64,000 nucleotides of DNA from an uncultured Chloracidobacterium sp. (GTDB lineage Bacteria > Acidobacteriota > Blastocatellia > Pyrinomonadales > Pyrinomonadaceae): NCBI GenBank assembly GCA_964410495.1, contig CAYPGP010000001.1, positions 61,993 to 125,992 of the forward strand, read 5' to 3'. The notes beneath the pieces were generated by a model. That model was given only the letters and a program-made list of their open reading frames with translations, was not told the origin of the DNA and did not search any database. Below are positions 26,490 to 36,688 of the stretch, in pieces. A program made the position numbers and the translations under genes. Every line of letters starts with the position of its first letter. Position 1 is the stretch's first letter.

Positions 26490-29400
26490 ATGAAGAGGTT
26501 TTTAAGCACCTTTTTGCTTATAATGCTTGGCTCAGTCGCCCTGCTTGCGCAGGGAACTACGGGTGGGCTGACCGGAACCGTATCGGGTCCGGACGGGCTA
26601 CTGCCGGGTGCGACCGTTGTCGTACGCGATACCGTCACAAGCAAAGAGGTAACAGTTACCACGAACTCCGAGGGCGTTTACCAGATAAACCAGCTCGAGT
26701 TTGGTACATACACGATCAGGATCACAGCCGCCGGCTTCAAGACCCTGGTCGCCAACGAACAGAAGATCGACGTCGGACGAACGGCAACCTTTAATGCCAC
26801 GCTCGAGGTCGGTGCTGTTTCCGCTGAGGTCGTCGTCACCGCCGGTGCTGACGTCATCACAGGCAATACGGCGCAGGTCAGCAGCACGATCAGTCCGCAG
26901 CAGATCATGTCGCTGCCGTTGATCACTCGAAGTCCTTTGGCTCTAACCCTGCTTCAGGCAGGTACTTCGTCGAACGGCGCTACCACTATCAATGGTATGC
27001 GTACGTCGATGACCAATATAACCAGAGACGGCATCAATATTCAGGATACTTTCATCCGATCCAATGCGACCGATTTCGTGCCGGGTCGCCCGTCGGTTGA
27101 CGATACCGCGGAATTCACGATCACCACCACGAACCAGGAAGCTGATCAGGGTTACGGCACCGCCCAGATCCGACTCGTGACGCCACGCGGCACGAAGGAC
27201 TTTCATGGGGCTCTTTTTGCCTACAACCGAAACAGTGGCTTTGCGGCTAACAACTTTTTCAATAACCGCACGCCAAACAATGCTGACGGCTCGCAGGCAG
27301 CGGCGGCGATCAAGCCTTCGTACCGCAATCGATGGCAGTACGGCGGCAAGGTTAGCGGTCCTATCTGGCTTCCGTATTTCGGTGAAGGTCCGCCTAAGAT
27401 CTGGAAAGACAAGGCTGTCTTCTTCTTCTCATATGAAAAGATCGAAGACCCGGTCAGCGGCGCGGCAACGCGTACCATCCTGACCCCGACGGCTCGTAAC
27501 GGAGCCTTCCGTTATCAGCGTACTAACTCCACAGACGTTACCCCGTTCTGCCCATCGCAGACCATCGGCAGCGTTTGTGAGGTCCCGAATATTCTGCAGT
27601 TTGCGGTTGGTCGCGGTCTCGCGGTCCCGTCGGCTGTGGATGCTGCGATCCAGGCCCGCATCTTGTCCCGTCTCCCGGCGCAGAGCAACTTCACCGGTGG
27701 AGATGGCGTTCTTATCAATGGTGTTTCGACACCGCTGAACACTGCAGGCTATCGTGTCCTGCGTCGCTCGGATCAAACGCGTGACCAGTATGCTTCGCGT
27801 TTCGACTTTGATTTCAACGACGCGAATTCGCTGCAGTTCATCTACAACTACAACAAAGAGGTCAACCTTCGTCCCGACATCGATACGAGCGGTTTCGATC
27901 CAATTCCCGACGGCGAGCAGTCGTCTGAGAATACACAGTACACGGCGGCCTACCGTCGCGTATTCAGCCCGAACTTTGTTAATGAGGTTCGCGGTGGACT
28001 TTTCAAATCAGAAGTTCCGTTCTATCGGTTAACGCCGAATCAGGACTTCGGCTTGACGGTCCCGCTGGTTTCGAATCCGGAGAACAATTTCCGCGATCAG
28101 GGTCGTTCGACGAAATCGTGGAACCTCCAATCGAACGGTGACTGGATCCTCGGCAAGCACAGCTTCAAGTTCGGCGGCCAGCTTCAGTTCTTTGAAGTAA
28201 CGCCATACAATGACGCCGGAATCATCCCGACCGTTACGGTCGGAACGGCTTCCGCATCGACGCCGGTGTTCACCCAGGCTCTTTTCAATGGCTTCGGTGG
28301 TATCAGCACCGCGCAGCTTGGAACGGCAAACGGAATGCTCGGATTGTTCGGCGGCATCGTCAACGCTGCCCAGCGAACCTTCACCGTTCCGGATATCGCG
28401 AGCGGATTTCAGCCCGTGCGCATCAATGAGCCATACAAACACGCTTCGCACTCGTTGTACGTTGCCGATCGATGGCAGGTCAGCAACAGCTTGACCCTTT
28501 CGCTTGGCGTTCGCTGGGAGTACTATCCGCCCCTCGTTATCGATTCGGGCGTTGCCCTCGAACCAGTCATCGAAGATCCGGATAACCCGCTGCCGTCGCT
28601 GCTTCGCACCAACGGACAGTACGTTCCGGTTGGAGCTAATGCCGGCCGCAAGAATGCTTACTACAAACCGCAGTACAACAACTTCGCGCCGAACCTCGGT
28701 TTTGCGTGGACACCGTCGTTCAGCGGCGGCCTCGGTAAGTGGCTGTTTGGCGACCGTTCGGTCATCCGCGCCGGTTACAGCCATGCATTCGGTAATGACT
28801 CGATCATCACGTCGATCCGCAATGCCGCTGCCAATAACGTCGGCCTTGCGGCGACCGCGTTCGGAATCTCGAACCAGAACGGACGGCTTTCGAATACTGC
28901 CAGCTTTGCGATCCCGGCGAATCCGACGTTCATTCCTCCGCCGCGTACTTACCTGCAGAACAACACCGCTCAGTTCGGCCCGTTCTTCGGTACGGTATTC
29001 GGCATTGATCCGAACATCGAAGTTACCCGTGTGAAGCAGTACAGTCTAGGAATTCAGCGCGAATTCTGGGGCAACACGGCGGTCGAGGTTCGTTACGTCG
29101 GAACCTCGAGCAACAACCTTGTCCGCACTATCGATTACAACCAGATCGACATTCGCGACAACGGATTTGCAGCCGACTTCCTTCGTGCACAGGCAAACTT
29201 CGCTCTGACGGGAAATGCTTTCTGTGCGACGGCTGGCTGTCAGGCCCTTCAGATATTCCAGAGCGGAGGTACACCAGGTGCCGGACGTCTTGTTGTTGGT
29301 ACGGGCGGTCTCGCTCTCGCCTCGTTCAACAATTCTCTGACGGCCGGAACTCCGGCTGACCTTGCTCTTACGTTTATCACGAGCAATCTGAACAACCATC

Positions 29401-30305
29401 CGACAGTTGCAAATCCCAGCCTCGTGCCTTTCGTCCGTCTGTTGCCGAACCCGGCATCGGGCGTGGTTAACCTGCTGCAGAACGGTGGTTTTTACGACTA
29501 CAACTCGCTGCAGACCGAAGTCCGCCGCCGCTTCTCGAACGGCCTGTATTTCCAGGCGAATTACACGTTCTCGAAGAACATCGGTGACGCTACGGCTTCG
29601 AACGGTTCACAGACGCTTGTCGAGCCCTACCTCGACAATCGCCAGCCTGAACTCGACCGTACGCGTGTCGACTTTGACCAGACGCATGCGTTCAAGTTCA
29701 ACGGTATCTATCAGCTTCCGTTCGGAAAGGGACGTACGTTCCTTAACCGCGGCGGCGTTGTAGATGCGATCCTTGGCGGATGGGAACTTTCGGGTACCGT
29801 TCAGTGGGATTCGGGCCAGCCGATCACGTTCCTTGATCCTCGCGGAACACTGAACCGTGCCGCCCGTGCGGGACGACAGACAGCCAACACCAACCTGAGC
29901 TACGATGATATCCGCGCTCTCCAGGGGATATTTGAGCAGAACGGTAATATCTACTGGATCAATCCGTCGATCATCTGCAGCAACGGTGCTGCTACGGCGG
30001 GTGTCGGTCAGCCGGCATGCCCGGGACAGGTTTTCTTCAATGTTCCGGCAGGCCAGACGGGTACGATGGGACGTGCGATCGCAAACGCTCCGTCGTTCTT
30101 CAATGCTGATGCCTCGATGATGAAGAATTTCCGCTTTACGGAAGATATGCGGTTGCAGTTCCGCGTTGAAGCTTTCAACGTGCTGAACAAGACCAACTTC
30201 TTCCAGGGAGCTGTTCTTCAGAACATCAACAGCACCTCGTTCGGTCAGATCACAAGTGCCGGTGCGGCTCGCCAGCTGCAGTTGGCTCTTCGGTTTGAGT
30301 TCTAG
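26490..30305 (+). CDS. TonB-dependent receptor with N-terminal carboxypeptidase-regulatory-like domain
   Basis: RBS AGGAGG then MKRFLSTFLLIMLGSVALLAQ signal peptide. GLTGTVSGPDG...ATVVV CarboxypepD_reg domain, a plug region, and a long barrel ending ...LALRFEF. Confidence 0.85.
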   Translation: MKRFLSTFLLIMLGSVALLAQGTTGGLTGTVSGPDGLLPGATVVVRDTVTSKEVTVTTNSEGVYQINQLEFGTYTIRITAAGFKTLVANEQKIDVGRTATFNATLEVGAVSAEVVVTAGADVITGNTAQVSSTISPQQIMSLPLITRSPLALTLLQAGTSSNGATTINGMRTSMTNITRDGINIQDTFIRSNATDFVPGRPSVDDTAEFTITTTNQEADQGYGTAQIRLVTPRGTKDFHGALFAYNRNSGFAANNFFNNRTPNNADGSQAAAAIKPSYRNRWQYGGKVSGPIWLPYFGEGPPKIWKDKAVFFFSYEKIEDPVSGAATRTILTPTARNGAFRYQRTNSTDVTPFCPSQTIGSVCEVPNILQFAVGRGLAVPSAVDAAIQARILSRLPAQSNFTGGDGVLINGVSTPLNTAGYRVLRRSDQTRDQYASRFDFDFNDANSLQFIYNYNKEVNLRPDIDTSGFDPIPDGEQSSENTQYTAAYRRVFSPNFVNEVRGGLFKSEVPFYRLTPNQDFGLTVPLVSNPENNFRDQGRSTKSWNLQSNGDWILGKHSFKFGGQLQFFEVTPYNDAGIIPTVTVGTASASTPVFTQALFNGFGGISTAQLGTANGMLGLFGGIVNAAQRTFTVPDIASGFQPVRINEPYKHASHSLYVADRWQVSNSLTLSLGVRWEYYPPLVIDSGVALEPVIEDPDNPLPSLLRTNGQYVPVGANAGRKNAYYKPQYNNFAPNLGFAWTPSFSGGLGKWLFGDRSVIRAGYSHAFGNDSIITSIRNAAANNVGLAATAFGISNQNGRLSNTASFAIPANPTFIPPPRTYLQNNTAQFGPFFGTVFGIDPNIEVTRVKQYSLGIQREFWGNTAVEVRYVGTSSNNLVRTIDYNQIDIRDNGFAADFLRAQANFALTGNAFCATAGCQALQIFQSGGTPGAGRLVVGTGGLALASFNNSLTAGTPADLALTFITSNLNNHPTVANPSLVPFVRLLPNPASGVVNLLQNGGFYDYNSLQTEVRRRFSNGLYFQANYTFSKNIGDATASNGSQTLVEPYLDNRQPELDRTRVDFDQTHAFKFNGIYQLPFGKGRTFLNRGGVVDAILGGWELSGTVQWDSGQPITFLDPRGTLNRAARAGRQTANTNLSYDDIRALQGIFEQNGNIYWINPSIICSNGAATAGVGQPACPGQVFFNVPAGQTGTMGRAIANAPSFFNADASMMKNFRFTEDMRLQFRVEAFNVLNKTNFFQGAVLQNINSTSFGQITSAGAARQLQLALRFEF

Positions 30306-30333
30306 GCTGAATGATCAGCATTACCAACCACTT

Positions 30334-30367
30334 ATCCCGCCGGTCTAAAGATCGGCGGGATTTTTTC
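30334..30367 (+). terminator. rho-independent terminator
   Basis: ATCCCGCCG-N10-CGGCGGGAT followed by TTTTTT. Confidence 0.75.
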
Positions 30368-30419
30368 CCTCTTTGCAATCGCGACTTGAGACACGTATGG
30401 GAGCAGTCTGTCGTCTACA

Positions 30420-30434
30420 TGGTATAGTTTCCGC
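30420..30434 (+). promoter_or_regulatory. possible sigma-54 -24/-12 element
   Basis: TGGTAT-agttt-CCGC with GG-N10-GC spacing intact, 83 nt upstream of ATG 30517. Confidence 0.25.
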
Positions 30435-30516
30435 AGGAATATGAGTTTCGGGTTTCTTCCCCTTATTGAGCCCGACTCAAAGACACGCAATTCTCGTTTC
30501 GTATCAGTAGTAAAAA

Positions 30517-31365
30517 ATGGAGTTCAAAATGAAAAGAGTCTTGATATTGGTCACCGCATTGGTGATCGGTGCCGCCGCCGTTAACGGTCAGAAACTAAAA
30601 GCAGAAGAAATTGTTGAGAAGCATCTTGCATCAGTGGCCGCGCCCGAAAAACGGGCTTCGATCAAGACGATGATAGCCTCGGGCGAAGTGCGAGTTGAAT
30701 TTGTAACACAAAAGACACAACCGGCCGTTGGTCGCTTCGTTCTCGCCTCAGAAGGAGCCAAACGCTTCTTCGGGATGGATTTGATTTCGGTGGACTATCC
30801 TCGAGAAGTGTTCACATTTGACGGTGCGAAAACGGACGTCGCGCTCATCAGGGCCGGAAACCGATCAATACTAGGAAATTTTATCCAGTCAAACAGCTCG
30901 CTGATATCCCAGGGATTTCTGACCGGGACTCTGATGACAGGTTGGGTGCTTTCGAATGCTGTTGAGCGTGGTATAAAAGTATCGGCTTCGGGCACCAAGA
31001 AGATAGATGGTAAAGAGACATATGTGCTGTCCGTTACGCCTAAAGGCGGAAGCGACCTGGACGTCACGATGTATTTTGATCAGGCAACGTTCCGACATTT
31101 ACGCACCGAGTATAAACGCACGGCTTCGGCCGCGATGGGAAGAACAATCGATGAATCCGCACGAAATCTCGAAACGCGGATAAAATTGACCGAAGATTTT
31201 TCGGATCATCAGGAGTTTGAAGGTGTCATGCTTCCCCGGAAATATAGGCTCCATTATTCGATATCGGGCCAGAACGGAACCACGGAGATATCGTGGGCCG
31301 GCGTTTTCACGGAATTTGCGTTTAACCAGAAGCTCGATCCCAGCAGCTTTGCTACCGGAAAGTAA
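30517..31365 (+). CDS. secreted hypothetical protein (LolA / lipoprotein-sorting-like fold suspected)
   Basis: Signal peptide MKRVLILVTALVIGAAAVNG (alternative ATG 30529); beta-rich; lies between the two receptor genes. Confidence 0.5.
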   Translation: MEFKMKRVLILVTALVIGAAAVNGQKLKAEEIVEKHLASVAAPEKRASIKTMIASGEVRVEFVTQKTQPAVGRFVLASEGAKRFFGMDLISVDYPREVFTFDGAKTDVALIRAGNRSILGNFIQSNSSLISQGFLTGTLMTGWVLSNAVERGIKVSASGTKKIDGKETYVLSVTPKGGSDLDVTMYFDQATFRHLRTEYKRTASAAMGRTIDESARNLETRIKLTEDFSDHQEFEGVMLPRKYRLHYSISGQNGTTEISWAGVFTEFAFNQKLDPSSFATGK

Positions 31366-31399
31366 CTGCATTCGTTACCGACTTAACTTGAAAGACCAG

Positions 31400-31444
31400 G
31401 ATCCTACCGCGTTTCGCTGCTGAAATGGGGTAGGATCTTTTTTA
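31400..31444 (+). terminator. rho-independent terminator
   Basis: GATCCTACC-N20-GGTAGGATC followed by TTTTTTA. Confidence 0.65.
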
Positions 31445-31604
31445 ATTTTGCGTAACAAAAATCCAAAGAATTGGATTAAGTTCCAAAAAATACTAAATAC
31501 TAGGCCGCCTGTTCGAGCATTACGCTGTCGGCGAAACAGCGATTATTGCGTAATCACTTTGTAATGTAAGCGGTTAAGCCTCGACCCGATTTTTGCCGGT
31601 AAAT

Positions 31605-31619
31605 TGGAACGCGAATTGC
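31605..31619 (+). promoter_or_regulatory. sigma-54 promoter candidate
   Basis: TGGAAC-gcgaa-TTGC against consensus TGGCAC-N5-TTGC, 228 nt upstream of ATG 31847. Palindromes lie 50-160 nt further upstream. Confidence 0.5.
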
Positions 31620-31846
31620 CTTTGTCTTCATTTCGTAAAGAACCCGATTAATAATTTAATTTTTCTGAGTTGAGTAGCGTACTCCCGCGTTTTGAGGATA
31701 CGGCTGTATACAACTTTCAGGTAAACGGCAATTTTCCTGAAAGCTCTAGCCGAAAAAAGTCTTTCATTCCGGATGATCTACTCGACGATTTATTGATTGC
31801 ACTTATTCTTGAGTGAATCTGATTTTAAATTTTCTGAGGAGGAAAA

Positions 31847-34800
31847 ATGAGAAAGTTTACCAGCTTTACCATCGCGGTAATGGCCCTTATGTTGGCGGTT
31901 ACCGCGGTCATGGCTCAGACGACCGGCTCCCTTTCGGGAACGATCGTTGATCCAAATAAAGAACTCGTGGCGGGAGCCACGGTAGTCGTACAAAACGACA
32001 GTACAAAGGCTGAATTTACCGCAGTATCGAGCGGTGAAGGTTCTTTCCGCGTGCCTAACCTGGCTTCGGGAACCTACACCGCGACGATCACGGCAGGCGG
32101 TTTTAAGAAGACCATCGTTAAGGGCATCAAGGTTGACGTCGGTCTTTCGTCGTCGATCAATGTCCAGATGGAGATCGGCGCGGCAGCCGAAGAGGTCACG
32201 GTCACGGGAACCGGCGAATTGCTTCGCACGGAAAGCGCGACGGTCGGCACGACGCTCACGGGCCGCCAGATCACTGACATCCCGACTGCATCCCGCGATG
32301 CTCTCGACCTCGTCCTTGCGCTTCCCGGAACGGCAACGCCGGGACGCCCGCGAACCTCGACGGTCAATGGACTGCCGAAAGGTGCTTTGAATATCACCAT
32401 CGACGGCATCAACGTCCAGGACAACCTGCTCCGCTCGAGCGACGGTTTCTTCACTTATATTCGTCCACGCACGGACGCCATCGGCGAAGTGTCGACGTCG
32501 ATCTCGTCGCCCGGAGCTGAAAGCTCGGGTGAAGGCGCCGTCCAGATCAAGTTCGTAACGCAGAATGGCGGTAATCAGTACCGCGGCGGTGCTTATTGGT
32601 ACCATCGCGATCCTTCGCTCAACGCGAACTACTGGTTCTCAAACCGCGATCTGAACCCGCTTCCGGGACAGACCAAGGCACCGCAGACGGTGATGATCCT
32701 TAACCAGTTCGGAGCCAAATTGGGCGGCCCGATCTCGTTCCCGGGACTCTTCAGCGGAAAGGACAAGGCGTTCTTCTTCTTCAACTATGAAGAGTTCCGT
32801 CTTCCGGAGCGTTCACCGCTTCGTACGCGTACCATCTTGAGCCCTGAGGCGCAGAGCGGTATCTATCGCTTCAATGCAGCGGCAACCTACGTTCCTGCGG
32901 CGGGGTCGAATATCACCTGTGTACCTTCCGGCTCGGCTCAGGTTTGTTCATTTAACGTTCTGACTCGTGCCGCTTCGCTTGCTAACACAACGATGCCAGG
33001 TACCGTCGACCCAACCATCGGAGCACTGCTGACCTCGATCCGCGGTTCTCTGACCGGGTTGAACATTGTAAATACCGGCGACCCGAACCTTCAGCAGGTT
33101 TCCTTCCTCAATCTGGGATCGCAGGTACGCAAGTTTCCAACCATCCGTTTCGACTTCAATATCGGAAAGAACCACCACGTCGAGAACATCTGGAACTATC
33201 AGCAGTTCCGATCGAGTGTTGACTTCCTCAACGGCGTCGATCCGGTTTTCCCCGGCTTTCCGAATTTCGGCAGCCAGGATTCGAACCGCTTTTCAAACGC
33301 AACCGCGTGGCGCTGGAATATCAAGAACAACATCGTAAACGAAGCTCGCTACGGGATACTCGGTGGAACGTCGCTGTTCTTCCCACAGGTCAATGCCGGG
33401 CAGTTTGCCAATAATGGCGGACTCTACGCTCTGAACATCAGCGCAGCGGGTATCAGCAACGGATACATCACGACCAGCAGCTCACGCCGCAATTCGCCTG
33501 TGAAGCAGTTCAGCGACACCGTCAACTGGGTTTCCGGAAATCACGCTCTGTCGTTTGGTTTCAACTTTACCCAGATCAACCTTTGGAGCCGGGCAGGAAA
33601 TGCTGTTCCAACGGTGAGCTTTGGACTGAGCTCGACGCTCGAAGCTACCAACTATCAGGCCCTCGTCGGAGCACTTCCGGCGGCCAATCAGGGTGGAGCC
33701 GCAGCTCTTTGGGCGACACTTGCGGGCCGCGTCAGTTCGTTGAATGCCAACGGTATTCTTGAAGAAGAGACTGGCAGGATCAGGTTTAACGGAATCAGCA
33801 CCCAGCGTGCTATGCAGCGAGAGTATGGCTTCTTCGGCCAAGACACTTGGAAGGTTCGTCCGAATCTTACGCTCACACTTGGCCTTCGTTATGAGGTCCA
33901 GGGGCCGATCAATCCGGCAAACAACGTGTTCACGCTTGCCACCTATGAGTCGGTGTTTGGCGAATCGGGCGTCGGCAATCTCTTTAAGCCAGGAACCCTG
34001 GCCGGTGCTCCTACCGTTTACAACCCGATCACATCGGGAACTAGGATCTGGGATACGGATATGGACAATATCGCTCCCAGCCTGGGTGTTGCGTGGACAC
34101 CGAACTTTAAGAATTCGGTGCTGCGATTCCTCGGTGGCGAATCGGGCCAAAGCGTTTTCCGCGGTGGTTTCTCGCGTTCGTTTGTTCGTGAAGGAACAAA
34201 CACGTTCCTGAGCATCATCGGTTCAAATCCTGGTGCAACCATCGGTGCTACCCGAAATATTACGGGTACGCCGTTCTCGCTTCCGCTGGGAACGCTTCTA
34301 CGTTCGGGACCGATCGCTCCGCCGACGCTGCCCGCAACATTGACCTTCCCATACAACGGACCCGCAACCGAATCGGTCAACGCTTTCGATCCGAATTTGA
34401 AAACGGGGTATGTCGATTCGTGGTCGTTCGGCTACCAGCGTGAGCTGTCCTCGAACATGGCGATCGAGTTCCGTTATGTCGGTAACCGTGGTAAGGACCT
34501 TTGGCGTCAGTACAACATCAATGCTGAGCTCTCGATCCTCGAGAACGGCTTCTATGATGAGTTCAAGCTCGCACAGGCCAATCTGGCTGCCAACGTAGCT
34601 GCCGGCCGCGGTGCTAACTTCCGTTACTTTGGTGCGGGAACCGGTACGGCACCGCTTCCGATCATCATGGCCTACTTCAGCGGCTTAGCTCCAACGGCTG
34701 CTAACGCTTCGAACACAGCCAATTATTCGAACGCGTTCTTTGCGAATGCAACGTTCGTTAATACGCTTAATCCTTTCAGCCCTGCTCCGGTGACTTTTGC

Positions 34801-35821
34801 TGCCACGCTTGGCGGTACCGCGAACGCTTCGCTCTTTGAGCCGACGCGTATCTCGGCAGGCATTCCAGTGAACTTCTTCTACAACAACCCGAGCAAGAGG
34901 GGCGGCGGCGCATGGCTCATCGACAACTCGTCGAGGACCTGGTACGACGCATTCACCTTCGAGTTCCGTCGTCGTATGTCGAGAGGTTTACTGCTCCAGG
35001 CGAACTATACGTTCGGCAAGTCGATCGCTAACACCTATGCCAGCAGCTCGGTCGCGGCTGACCAGCCTGGATCGCTTCGCGATGGCAAGGATGTTCGACG
35101 CGGACTCTCGCCGTTCGATATCAAGCACGCTGCTAAGATGAACTTCATCTATGAGCTGCCGTTCGGACGCGGACAGTCGTTCCTTAGCGACTCTCCGGGC
35201 TGGGTCAACCAGATCGTAGGCGGATGGGGCTTTAACGGCAACATTCGTATGCAGAGCGGTTCGAACTTCAACCTCGGTAATGTCCAGCTCGTCGGCATCA
35301 CTGCCAAAGAGCTTCAGGACCTCGTCGGTATCTACCGCGGTGAAGCTGATGCCGCCGGCAACACAAGCCGCGACGTCTACATCTTCCCGCTTGAGATCCG
35401 CCAGAATACCTATCGTGCGTTCAACATCGCCCTTTCGGGAGGTTTGCCGGTGTATACACAGGGAACCCCGAGCGGTCGTTATATCGCACCGGCAGGTACC
35501 GGAAACTGTGCCCAGGCCTATTCGGGTCAGTGCGGTTTTCAGAATCTGGTACTCAAAGGCCCGGCGTTCTTCCGTTCCGACATATCGGTCGTGAAGAAAT
35601 TCCGATTTACCGAGCGGGTTAACATGGAACTTCGCGGTGAATTGCTTAATGCATTCAACAACATCAACTTCCTGGTTGGTGCTGCCGCTAATGATGTTAA
35701 CGGACTCGGCGGAACGGGTGCGACGACCTTTGGCCGCTACACCGCAGCCTATCAGGACACGTCGACCACCAACGATCCCGGTGGACGTCTTGTTCAGTGG
35801 GTCCTCAGGCTCAACTTCTAA
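31847..35821 (+). CDS. TonB-dependent receptor with N-terminal carboxypeptidase-regulatory-like domain (paralog of 26490-30305)
   Basis: RBS GAGGAGG; signal peptide; SLSGTIVDPN...ATVVV domain; barrel ending ...WVLRLNF. Confidence 0.85.
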   Translation: MRKFTSFTIAVMALMLAVTAVMAQTTGSLSGTIVDPNKELVAGATVVVQNDSTKAEFTAVSSGEGSFRVPNLASGTYTATITAGGFKKTIVKGIKVDVGLSSSINVQMEIGAAAEEVTVTGTGELLRTESATVGTTLTGRQITDIPTASRDALDLVLALPGTATPGRPRTSTVNGLPKGALNITIDGINVQDNLLRSSDGFFTYIRPRTDAIGEVSTSISSPGAESSGEGAVQIKFVTQNGGNQYRGGAYWYHRDPSLNANYWFSNRDLNPLPGQTKAPQTVMILNQFGAKLGGPISFPGLFSGKDKAFFFFNYEEFRLPERSPLRTRTILSPEAQSGIYRFNAAATYVPAAGSNITCVPSGSAQVCSFNVLTRAASLANTTMPGTVDPTIGALLTSIRGSLTGLNIVNTGDPNLQQVSFLNLGSQVRKFPTIRFDFNIGKNHHVENIWNYQQFRSSVDFLNGVDPVFPGFPNFGSQDSNRFSNATAWRWNIKNNIVNEARYGILGGTSLFFPQVNAGQFANNGGLYALNISAAGISNGYITTSSSRRNSPVKQFSDTVNWVSGNHALSFGFNFTQINLWSRAGNAVPTVSFGLSSTLEATNYQALVGALPAANQGGAAALWATLAGRVSSLNANGILEEETGRIRFNGISTQRAMQREYGFFGQDTWKVRPNLTLTLGLRYEVQGPINPANNVFTLATYESVFGESGVGNLFKPGTLAGAPTVYNPITSGTRIWDTDMDNIAPSLGVAWTPNFKNSVLRFLGGESGQSVFRGGFSRSFVREGTNTFLSIIGSNPGATIGATRNITGTPFSLPLGTLLRSGPIAPPTLPATLTFPYNGPATESVNAFDPNLKTGYVDSWSFGYQRELSSNMAIEFRYVGNRGKDLWRQYNINAELSILENGFYDEFKLAQANLAANVAAGRGANFRYFGAGTGTAPLPIIMAYFSGLAPTAANASNTANYSNAFFANATFVNTLNPFSPAPVTFAATLGGTANASLFEPTRISAGIPVNFFYNNPSKRGGGAWLIDNSSRTWYDAFTFEFRRRMSRGLLLQANYTFGKSIANTYASSSVAADQPGSLRDGKDVRRGLSPFDIKHAAKMNFIYELPFGRGQSFLSDSPGWVNQIVGGWGFNGNIRMQSGSNFNLGNVQLVGITAKELQDLVGIYRGEADAAGNTSRDVYIFPLEIRQNTYRAFNIALSGGLPVYTQGTPSGRYIAPAGTGNCAQAYSGQCGFQNLVLKGPAFFRSDISVVKKFRFTERVNMELRGELLNAFNNINFLVGAAANDVNGLGGTGATTFGRYTAAYQDTSTTNDPGGRLVQWVLRLNF

Positions 35822-35843
35822 TCGAAGTTAGCTGAAAATAGAA

Positions 35844-35880
35844 GGAGAGCTTCCACGATCGAGGCTCTCCTCTTTTCTTT
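35844..35880 (+). terminator. rho-independent terminator
   Basis: GGAGAGCTTC-cacgatc-GAGGCTCTCC followed by TCTTTTCTTT. Confidence 0.7.
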
Positions 35881-35947
35881 ATCATCGTGCAAAATATTTG
35901 ATATTATCTGTACAAATACTTCCGACTAAAATTATTTTGAGGTGAAC

Positions 35948-36667
35948 ATGAGTAAGTTTCTTTTTGCTTTTGTTTTGTTGGCGTTTTCCATCTCTGCTTT
36001 CGGCCAAAACTCCGGCAAACCCTGGGGCGAATGGTCAAAGAAGGATGCCGAGAAGATATTAAACGACTCCGCCTGGGGCCAGACTTATACGCAGGAGATG
36101 CCGGTGCCCACCGGTACATCGGCTACGACCCGAACAAGCGGCGGATTCGCGGGCACAAATAATGGTGAATCCGGCGAGAATAAAGCACCTGCCCCGACCA
36201 AATATCGGGCCCGGCTCCTGACCGCGAAGCCGGTCAGGGAAGCCTTTGCGAGAATGATCGTGCTCCAGCAGGACAAACCGACGGACGAGTTGAAGACTTC
36301 GCTTCAGGGCTTTATCGATCGTGATTTTGGTGATTATCTCGTGGTCTCGTTCTCGATCGAAGGGGGAAATCCGCAGATATCGGCGGCGGCCGAAGGAATG
36401 CTTTCCCGCCTTACCGGGGCAATGATAAAGGACAAGGTCTATCTTGAACGCAAGGACGGAAAACGTGCCGCGTTCATCGATTACAAACCGCCGGTCGGTG
36501 ATGGAATGGGAGCCAAGATCGTCTTTTCTCGCACCTTGGACGGACAGCCATTTCTGGCGGAAGGCGAAGAAATGGTCAAATTCGGCTTCGATATGAGCGA
36601 GAAGCAAAAGATAGCAATGAAATTCAAGGTTTCAGGAATGATGTACGGCGGTAAGCTCGAGTACTAA
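35948..36667 (+). CDS. secreted protein, tandem paralog 1 of 3 (uncharacterised family, C-terminal LEY)
   Basis: Signal peptide MSKFLFAFVLLAFSISAFG; WGEWSKKDAEKILNDSAWGQTYTQ; YRARLLTAKPVREAF; ends GGKLEY. Confidence 0.7.
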   Translation: MSKFLFAFVLLAFSISAFGQNSGKPWGEWSKKDAEKILNDSAWGQTYTQEMPVPTGTSATTRTSGGFAGTNNGESGENKAPAPTKYRARLLTAKPVREAFARMIVLQQDKPTDELKTSLQGFIDRDFGDYLVVSFSIEGGNPQISAAAEGMLSRLTGAMIKDKVYLERKDGKRAAFIDYKPPVGDGMGAKIVFSRTLDGQPFLAEGEEMVKFGFDMSEKQKIAMKFKVSGMMYGGKLEY

Positions 36668-36688
36668 GGCAGATTGGCGGAGAAAACA

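Noticed and set aside
28029-28784. Long antisense or alternative-frame ORFs inside large genes. Examples: 28029-28784(-), 31790-32605(-) and 33482-34150(-) in the receptor genes; 22118-22990(+) opposite sppA; 53467-54354(+) opposite the PPDK_N gene; 40774-41691(-); 58459-59244(+); 14657-15556(+); 25512-26219(-).
   Set aside because: All lie entirely within strongly supported genes that have clear family motifs. Their translations are Arg/Ser/Pro-rich and low-complexity, with no motifs, as expected for shadow ORFs in GC-rich coding DNA.
31646-31664. AT-rich GATTAATAATTTAATTTTT just downstream of the sigma-54 candidate, as a possible Fur box for the receptor gene.
   Set aside because: It matches only about 11 of 19 positions of GATAATGATAATCATTATC and lacks dyad symmetry. 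AT-rich sequence is expected in this leader.
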